In this document: positions 26,887-32,498 of the stretch, piece after piece | Numbering within the stretch: the stretch's first letter is position 1 | Layout of the letters: each line of letters starts with the position of its first letter | From: Thermoproteota archaeon | GTDB lineage: Archaea; Thermoproteota; EX4484-205; JAAOZP01 | Reading direction: 5' to 3' | NCBI GenBank assembly: GCA_049700215.1 | Contig: JBNAVT010000023.1 | Span: 1-32,498 of the forward strand | DNA length: 32,498 bases | Position numbers and translations under genes: made by a program | Notes under the pieces: generated by a model | What the model was told of the DNA's origin: nothing | Databases searched by the model: none | The model's input: only the letters and a program-made list of their open reading frames with translations

Positions 26887-27579
26887 CTATACGCTTCCCC
26901 TGGCAACCCTTGCTGTGCAGTAGCCATTGAACGCTATTTTGTAGACCAGTATGGAGATGGTTTTGTTCCCTATTCTTTCAACACCACCCATAGTTATCCT
27001 AAGTAGCTTGAATCTTGAAAGCACGTCGTCAAGCTCCTTCTCCTTCCTCGGCCTGAGGGAGCTGAATGCTTTCACGAGTATTTCAACAGCCTCCTTCACG
27101 TTCTTCCTCTGGGCTTCAATAGGATCCTCCCTCCCTTCGAAGAGGAAGGACAGGGCGTCCATGGCTTCAACCGCACGCTTAATGTTTAGGCAGAGGCCTG
27201 CTAACACAACCAGTCTAGAGGCTTCTTCAACGCTTACTGAAGCGATGTTTTTAACCAACTCCCCCATAAGCTGGTTGTGCTTGGAATTCAGCATAGCTAT
27301 ATTGCTGGACTGGCTGCTGCCAAGCCCCTCAGTAACCATCCCTACTCCCATGAGTATCTCGTTAATCTGGCTGAAGTAGTCCTCATAGGCCTCACCAGTA
27401 GCGTCCTCAAAGATCTTGGAGAGAGACGGTAGAATAAGGTCTGGCTTCTCCTCCAGGCTTCTCGAAGGGCCTCTCTGCAGGAAGGGGGCTCTAGTCAGAT
27501 ACGGGCCCGGCGGCGGCTTGTAGTCTAGGCAGCATCCTCCAGCGTACTCGAGGAGGGTGCATCCGTTCCTGGGGCATAC
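26887..27579 (-). pseudogene. C-terminal half of the Fe-S protein gene, in the -1 frame
   Basis: The frame of the ORF-track 154-aa ORF stays open for 76 more codons upstream to 27579 (VCPRNGCTLLEYAGGCC...). That stretch overlaps the tail of the 27525..28130 ORF and has no ATG/GTG/TTG start. Confidence 0.65.
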
Positions 27580-28130
27580 TCAGCCTTGCGGAGCAAGTCT
27601 ACTGCGCCCCAGAGAACCTTGTAAAGAATGGAAACAAGCTCCTTCTCCTCTATCCGCTTCTCCCCAATGTTGACAGCTATCCTCCCGCTCGTCGTTACAA
27701 GGAACCTGAGGTTTCCGAAGAAGGTGTCTATGACCTCGACGCCATCGCCGTTAACCCGCTCAGGCTTCCAAAGTAGGCTGATAAGGTGGCGGGAAGCATC
27801 ATAGTCTAGGAACCTTGTCGAGAGTTTTTCACAGCGCTCCTCAAAATAGTTGGGGTGTGCGTACTTAGTCTTAAACCCTGGGACTGTAATTATTGAGGGA
27901 GAAGAGTGTACAACCCCCTTCTTAAGCATCTCCTCTATCCTACCCCTGTTTTCAGAGTATCCCTCGCGCTGGAGTATCGGGCAGTCCGTCAAACTGTTGA
28001 CTCCGAGCAGGAGCCTGCGCGCAAACGTGGCGCAAGTAGCGTTGCCGCAGAGCCCGCAGTCATAGCCCGGCATCAACCTCCTAAACCCTGCGAAACTGTA
28101 TGCAGTCATCCGCATATCCTCCTCAGACAC
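27525..28130 (-). CDS. (Fe-S)-binding protein, N-terminal part (FeS domain as in RnfB/AcsC N-termini)
   Basis: DCGLCGNATC-x16-CP four-Cys motif. Likely start is ATG 28109 (GAGGAGG RBS, AAAAGAC-TATTTAA upstream). Apparently frameshifted near 27579. Confidence 0.8.
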   Translation of the reverse strand: MSEEDMRMTAYSFAGFRRLMPGYDCGLCGNATCATFARRLLLGVNSLTDCPILQREGYSENRGRIEEMLKKGVVHSSPSIITVPGFKTKYAHPNYFEERCEKLSTRFLDYDASRHLISLLWKPERVNGDGVEVIDTFFGNLRFLVTTSGRIAVNIGEKRIEEKELVSILYKVLWGAVDLLRKAEYAPGTDAPSSSTLEDAA

Positions 28131-28196
28131 TGGTTAAATAGTCTTTTCCCACCGGCGGGCTGTTTCAGCGTGCACGCTACCTCTAAAGCCTGTTTT

Positions 28197-29345
28197 TCAA
28201 GTTTTCCCAACGTAGGCTTCCCTTACCTCCGCGATTCTTTCCCCAACGATCTTAGCCTCCTCAACAGTATTGAAAACAGTGGGCGATAGCCTCAGAACCT
28301 CCCTTCCACCCGTCTTCCCGAGAACCAGCGGGCTGTCGAAGCCGCCGGATTCGGCGAGTATGTGGAACTGGTCCTCCAGAATGGCTTGAAGAAGGCTTGA
28401 AGGAACCGGGTCGAGCAGTAGTGAGACTATCCCCGTCCTAAGCTCTTTCGACGCAGCCTGGTAGAAGGTAATCCCCTCCCCCGCGGCAGTGTTCACGATA
28501 TCCTCAGCAAGGTTTTTCTCATGGTTTAAAACATCTTCGAAGCCAAGCCTGTTAAGATACTCTAGGGCTGCTGCCAGCGCTACGACGTAGACGCAGTTTT
28601 CCCTCTCAGCCTGCTTCACGATAAAGTAGCCCGGGGTCTTTTCAACCCTACCGCGCCTATCCTCTGAAGCATACAGTATGCTTAGACCCTCGATGCTGAA
28701 CATGTTGCTAGACTTGAAAAAAGCGTAGTCAACACCAGTCTTAGGAAGGTTGAGCCTGATCCTTTGAGCAGAGTAGGTAGCGTCCAGAATAGTCGTAACC
28801 CCCTTCTCCTTTAAAAACGGTATTATCTTGTCGATCTGAAGAATCGCCCCGGTTGCTCCCGAAACATGGTTCAACAGGGCTGCTTTAACACTCTTCCCGG
28901 CTAATGCTTCCTTAAGCTTCTCTTCAAAGCCCTCTTCCCCAACCTCCAGAACTTCAAGCCTCCCCCTAACCGTTTCAACATACTCTTTCAAGAGGCTCAT
29001 GACGCTTCCTTGAGCATTAGAGGAGGCTAGGAAAACCTCGTTTTTCTTGAAATCAATGCTTTGAAGTATCAGCATTAGGCTTTGAAGGTTGCTGGAAGTG
29101 AAGATTATGCTGTCCTCACCAGCACCGAAATGCTCGAAAACCTTTCCACGAGCCTCCTGGTAGAGCTCGAGAGCCCTGTGGGAAGAAGTGTTTTCCAGCC
29201 CCGGTCTACTCTTCACCTCATTATAGTATGCGAGTATTTTCTCCAAAACCGGGACCGGTATCCCTGTCGAATCAGCATTATTCATGAAAATATACTCTCC
29301 CGCAATACTCGGAAAATCCTCCCTTATCCTGTAGGGGTCCAGCAT
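28197..29345 (-). CDS. SufS/CsdA-like class V aminotransferase-fold protein with degenerate active site
   Basis: IREDFP, IIFTS, HVSGATG, ILDAT and LRLSP..FNT.EE scaffold motifs. SGHK is replaced by KSSN and RxGxHC by ESGGFD. Confidence 0.85.
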   Translation of the reverse strand: MLDPYRIREDFPSIAGEYIFMNNADSTGIPVPVLEKILAYYNEVKSRPGLENTSSHRALELYQEARGKVFEHFGAGEDSIIFTSSNLQSLMLILQSIDFKKNEVFLASSNAQGSVMSLLKEYVETVRGRLEVLEVGEEGFEEKLKEALAGKSVKAALLNHVSGATGAILQIDKIIPFLKEKGVTTILDATYSAQRIRLNLPKTGVDYAFFKSSNMFSIEGLSILYASEDRRGRVEKTPGYFIVKQAERENCVYVVALAAALEYLNRLGFEDVLNHEKNLAEDIVNTAAGEGITFYQAASKELRTGIVSLLLDPVPSSLLQAILEDQFHILAESGGFDSPLVLGKTGGREVLRLSPTVFNTVEEAKIVGERIAEVREAYVGKT

Positions 29346-29577
29346 GCGGTTTTAAACACTCGGTAAGCTTCTTTAAAGCGCCTTTTAAAGCTTATAGTAG
29401 CCGACTTAAAAGCTTCTGAAACAGCTGAACAGGCTTCCGGCTGAATAGGCCGAGAATCCCCGAGAGCGAACAGGGCCTTAGCTCCGTTGCTTCCAACTTT
29501 AAACTGGAGGTGTTCTGCCGCGGAGCAGGAGGCCACGTTAAGCTTATAATATTTCCCGCCGGGATTCGTGAAGACCG

Positions 29578-30501
29578 TTGAGCAGGGAGCATACGGGCGA
29601 GCACGTGTTAATGGGCTGTCTGCAAAGGATTAAGGGAAGCTTAAAGGTTAGGAAGGTGGAGTTTTCAGATGGCGCTGGCTCAGTAACTGTTGAAGTCGAT
29701 TCTCTAAGCTTCAACGATCTTGCTGAAGCCCAAGTTATGGCGAACAGGGTGATCCAGGAGGGGAGGATTGTGAAGGAGCATTTTTTCGACTCTCTTGAAG
29801 AGGCTCAGAAGGCTTTCCCAAGCCTTAGGGCGCATGAAGAGCGTATCAAGGGCCGCGTGAGGATCGTTGAGATAGACGGGTTCGACTACTCAGCATGCGC
29901 TGGCGAGCATGTTGAGAACACTAGAGAGTGCGGAATGATCCTTGTTACGCATGTTTCTAAAAGCGGGGGAGAATACAGGATCGACTTCGAGGTTGGGGAG
30001 AAAGCCTTGGAGACTGCTGTCAGGCTGAGCACCCTCTGCCTCTCAGTATCCTCAATACTCGGCTCACCGATCAGAAACCTTGAGAAGACTGTTCTCAACA
30101 CGAGGATGGAGAACGAGGATATGAGGAGGAGGCTTTCAGCAGCAACCGAGCAGCTAGTGAGCAAAACCCTTTTGAAAACTGTTCTAAGTGGAACGGAGTT
30201 TCAAAAAGGCTTGTTGAAAGGCGTGGACGCGAGGACGGTTATGAAGACTGTCGGCGAACTCATTGGGAGAACCAGGTCAGTCTACCTCATAGGCATAGAA
30301 TGGCCCGGGGCGTGCAACATTCTCGTCGCCAGCAGTGATGGAAGGGTTAAGGCGGCTGAACTCGTCAGAGAGGTTTGCAAGGTTTTCGACGGAAAGGGAG
30401 GTGGCGACGAGAAGATGGCTGTAGGCTCATTCCCATGCGACGCTTACGTTCAGGCTGTTGAAGAGGCGGAGAAGAGGGTTCTGGGGCTCCTAGGCGGCTA
30501 G
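29578..30501 (+). CDS. AlaX-type alanyl-tRNA editing protein with C-terminal DHHA1 domain
   Basis: HTGEH (HxxxH) and CAGEH (CxxxH) Zn motifs, VRIVEIDGFD and C-terminal GKGGG. Confidence 0.85.
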   Translation: MSREHTGEHVLMGCLQRIKGSLKVRKVEFSDGAGSVTVEVDSLSFNDLAEAQVMANRVIQEGRIVKEHFFDSLEEAQKAFPSLRAHEERIKGRVRIVEIDGFDYSACAGEHVENTRECGMILVTHVSKSGGEYRIDFEVGEKALETAVRLSTLCLSVSSILGSPIRNLEKTVLNTRMENEDMRRRLSAATEQLVSKTLLKTVLSGTEFQKGLLKGVDARTVMKTVGELIGRTRSVYLIGIEWPGACNILVASSDGRVKAAELVREVCKVFDGKGGGDEKMAVGSFPCDAYVQAVEEAEKRVLGLLGG

Positions 30502-30560
30502 GGTCAGTGCGCGTCCACAAGCTTTCAACCGGCATGCTTCCCTGCTCACGCCTCCGCCAC

Positions 30561-31766
30561 CTATTTCAAGGATACTCTTGACGATAACTCTATGCTCCTG
30601 CTTACTACGGAGTCAATGTCGATCTGTTTCTCAAGCTTCTCTACGATTTCCAGCTTAGCCTTTGTCTCAGGATGCTTAGCGATTATGCTGCAGCAATCCT
30701 TATACGGCTTTATTGAAAGCTCATACGTGCCTATCTTCTTAGCAATGTTCACAATCTCCTCCTTGTCGAAAGCTATGAGGGGCCTGAAAACAGGCATTCT
30801 CAGGCCGCTGCTTATCACAACCATGTTTTCAAGTGTTTGAGACGCTACTTGAGCGAGGCTTTCACCAGTCACTAGGGCCCTTGCACCCTCCGCCTCAGCG
30901 ATCCTCTCAGCAACCCTGAACATGAACCTCCTGAAAAGGACGAGGTCATACTTTGCTGGGATGTTAACCGTCGCTATTTGGAACTCGTACGAGGGCACGA
31001 GGGTTATTGTAGTTTCGCCGGAGTAGGGCAGCAGTTTCCCAACTATCTCCATTATCTTAGAGTTCTCCGCCTCAGCATTATCGTGGAAAGGATGGAAATG
31101 CAGGTAGCTGACTCTGCAACCCCTTTTCATCATCAGGTAGGAGGCGACTGGAGAATCTATCCCTCCCGAAAGCAGTGAGAGAACCCTGCCTGAAGACCCT
31201 ACGGGGAGGCCCCCCAGTCCTCTTAGCTTCGCGGTGAACACGTAGGCCTCCCTGCTTAAGACCTCGACGAATATCTTCCTAGAGGGGTTTTTCAGCGAGA
31301 TGCTTACTCCGAGTTTTTCAACGAGCATCCTCCCCAGAGTCCTGCTCAGCTCAAGCGAGGTTGCTGGAAACCTCTTGTCAGCCCTCTTAACCTCAACCTT
31401 AACCGGCTCACCCGGCTTAACAACACGTGAAGCCTCGTCCACGACGATTCTCCCTATGGAATCCACGTTCGGCTCAGCCACTGTTGCGAACGCGAACCAG
31501 GATATTCCGAAAACCTTCATGAGGCTTTCCTCAACACGCTGCAAATCAGCCTCGTTTAACGGGAAAACCAGCCTGCCCTGAAGCCTCTTAACCTTGACGT
31601 CGGCGACGCCGCTCAGCAGGCGACTAACGTTTTCAACAAGCATTTTCTCGAAGAAAGGCCTGTTACGGCCCTTCAAACCTATTTCAGAGTAGTGTATTAC
31701 GCAGACCCTTCTCATTCCTGTTTTAAACCAATCCTCCCGATTTAAGGATTCAAGCTGCTCAACCAT
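30561..31766 (-). CDS. thiI: tRNA 4-thiouridine synthase (THUMP + PP-loop, no rhodanese domain)
   Basis: YSEIGLKGRNR, GLGGLPVG, SGGIDS, GESLAQVASQT, RPLI and PYKDCC motifs. An alternative start is ATG 31715. Confidence 0.95.
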   Translation of the reverse strand: MVEQLESLNREDWFKTGMRRVCVIHYSEIGLKGRNRPFFEKMLVENVSRLLSGVADVKVKRLQGRLVFPLNEADLQRVEESLMKVFGISWFAFATVAEPNVDSIGRIVVDEASRVVKPGEPVKVEVKRADKRFPATSLELSRTLGRMLVEKLGVSISLKNPSRKIFVEVLSREAYVFTAKLRGLGGLPVGSSGRVLSLLSGGIDSPVASYLMMKRGCRVSYLHFHPFHDNAEAENSKIMEIVGKLLPYSGETTITLVPSYEFQIATVNIPAKYDLVLFRRFMFRVAERIAEAEGARALVTGESLAQVASQTLENMVVISSGLRMPVFRPLIAFDKEEIVNIAKKIGTYELSIKPYKDCCSIIAKHPETKAKLEIVEKLEKQIDIDSVVSRSIELSSRVSLK

Positions 31767-31864
31767 CTAGGAAAGCCTTTGACAAGCGTGTTTCAATCCC
31801 CTGAGTGGAACAGGCTTTAAACCGGTTTTCCGGAGCCATTCTAACTTGCACAGGAAGCTTATAA

Positions 31865-32092
31865 CTAGTCGCAGAGCAGCGTCATGGTTCTTAAAACGCC
31901 CTTGATACGCCTTATCTCCGAGACCACGCCGTCGAGCTGCTTAATATCCCCAACCTCTATTTTGACTATAATGTCGTACTCGCCGTAGACGACGTCGACA
32001 TCCGTCACGTTGCTCACTCTCCCTACGACCTCCTCGACATCCCTCTCCAAGCCTACTTCGCAAACTATCAGCAGATACGCCTTAAGCATCAA
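31865..32092 (-). CDS. Stand-alone Lrp/AsnC ligand-binding (RAM) domain protein
   Basis: AYLLI..E.G.E..V, VYGEYDIIVKI and IRRIKGV..T.TL; 75 aa with no HTH. Confidence 0.9.
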   Translation of the reverse strand: MMLKAYLLIVCEVGLERDVEEVVGRVSNVTDVDVVYGEYDIIVKIEVGDIKQLDGVVSEIRRIKGVLRTMTLLCD

Positions 32093-32179
32093 GCCTCCTA
32101 TTGAGGAAACTGTTTTTAAAGTTTAAGGCTTGTTAAACGCAAAGCATATATAACTCTGCTTAGCGCGGAAACCGGAGTA

Positions 32180-32365
32180 ATGATTAGGGCTCAACTCGAC
32201 CTGTCGATGTTCCTCTTCTTCTACATGATTGCAATCTTCATAAGCTTCCTAGCATTCCTGATAAGCACCCTCTTGAGACACAGGAGGGAGAAGAAAAGGC
32301 TTAGAGAGAAGTTTAAAAGGCTTAGGGAACACCCTGAGCAGCCTTGGTTTACCGAGATGGATTAG
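32180..32365 (+). CDS. Small single-pass membrane protein
   Basis: One hydrophobic helix followed by a strongly basic segment; AAAGCA-TATATAA promoter about 26 nt upstream. Confidence 0.6.
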   Translation: MIRAQLDLSMFLFFYMIAIFISFLAFLISTLLRHRREKKRLREKFKRLREHPEQPWFTEMD

Positions 32366-32496
32366 AAACGGCTTAAATCCACCGGGACGAGTATGAGGTT
32401 GAGATCAACAGGTTTTTCGCTAAGCCTCAGCCCAATGATCTTTAGGCTCCTCCCGTCCCAGCTTAGCCTGAAGTCCTCAATCCTCCCGGGAAGATC
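32362..32496 (-). CDS. 3' end of a gene entering from beyond the window
   Basis: The only minus frame open to the window edge reads DLPGRIEDFRLSWDGRSLKIIGLRLSEKPVDLNLILVPVDLSRF*; its stop overlaps the stop of the plus-strand ORF. Confidence 0.55.
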   Translation of the reverse strand, partial: DLPGRIEDFRLSWDGRSLKIIGLRLSEKPVDLNLILVPVDLSRF

Positions 32497-32498
32497 TT

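Noticed and set aside
27580-27582. TGA before the Cys-rich -1 frame as possible selenocysteine
   Set aside because: The sequence upstream of the TGA in that frame is not the conserved protein (frame 0 is), and no SECIS-like element was identified.
29346-29577. Short hairpins in the sufS-like/alaX spacer as a possible ncRNA
   Set aside because: No tRNA cloverleaf, C/D box pair, SRP or RNase P motif was recognised; the region is explained by divergent promoters.
29579-30548. Inverted repeat TGAGCAGGGA(A)GCAT flanking alaX
   Set aside because: The left copy is coding sequence for the first residues including the conserved His; there is no target duplication or transposase, so it is probably chance.
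211-31581. Many 60-240 aa ORFs antisense to or nested in the called genes (e.g. 1588..2205, 11846..12430, 23696..24424)
   Set aside because: They are shadows of well-supported genes, with Ser/Leu/Pro-rich antisense composition, no motifs and no promoter or RBS.

Overview
Gene-dense archaeal window (archaeal TATA/BRE promoters, many TTG/GTG starts, archaeal-type PGK, AMMECR1, Clp1, ThiI, UPF0282). The gene set and codon style suggest a thermophilic TACK-type archaeon; this is inferred, not checked. The left third holds two complete cytoplasmic [NiFe]-hydrogenase operons back to back around a 155-bp divergent promoter. One is a pentameric bacterial-style group 3d HoxEFUYH (minus strand); the other is a tetrameric group 3b sulfhydrogenase, beta-gamma-delta-alpha (plus strand). 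One maturation protease and an ArsR gene with a palindromic operator flank them. The rest is mostly housekeeping or metabolic: GalE-like epimerase plus GHMP kinase, AMMECR1, GT2, a PPi-type phosphofructokinase, Clp1 kinase, an SHMT-like enzyme, an OFA transporter plus Acs, PGK, AlaX, ThiI and an Lrp domain. Main oddities: an SHMT paralog missing folate-linked residues; an intact SufS-like gene missing both its PLP lysine and catalytic cysteine, next to a frameshifted Fe-S protein gene; an unannotated 38-aa ORF with its own promoter, strong RBS and upstream palindrome; and two intergenic patches of decayed genes and repeats. No rRNA, tRNA, CRISPR array or intact mobile element was seen.
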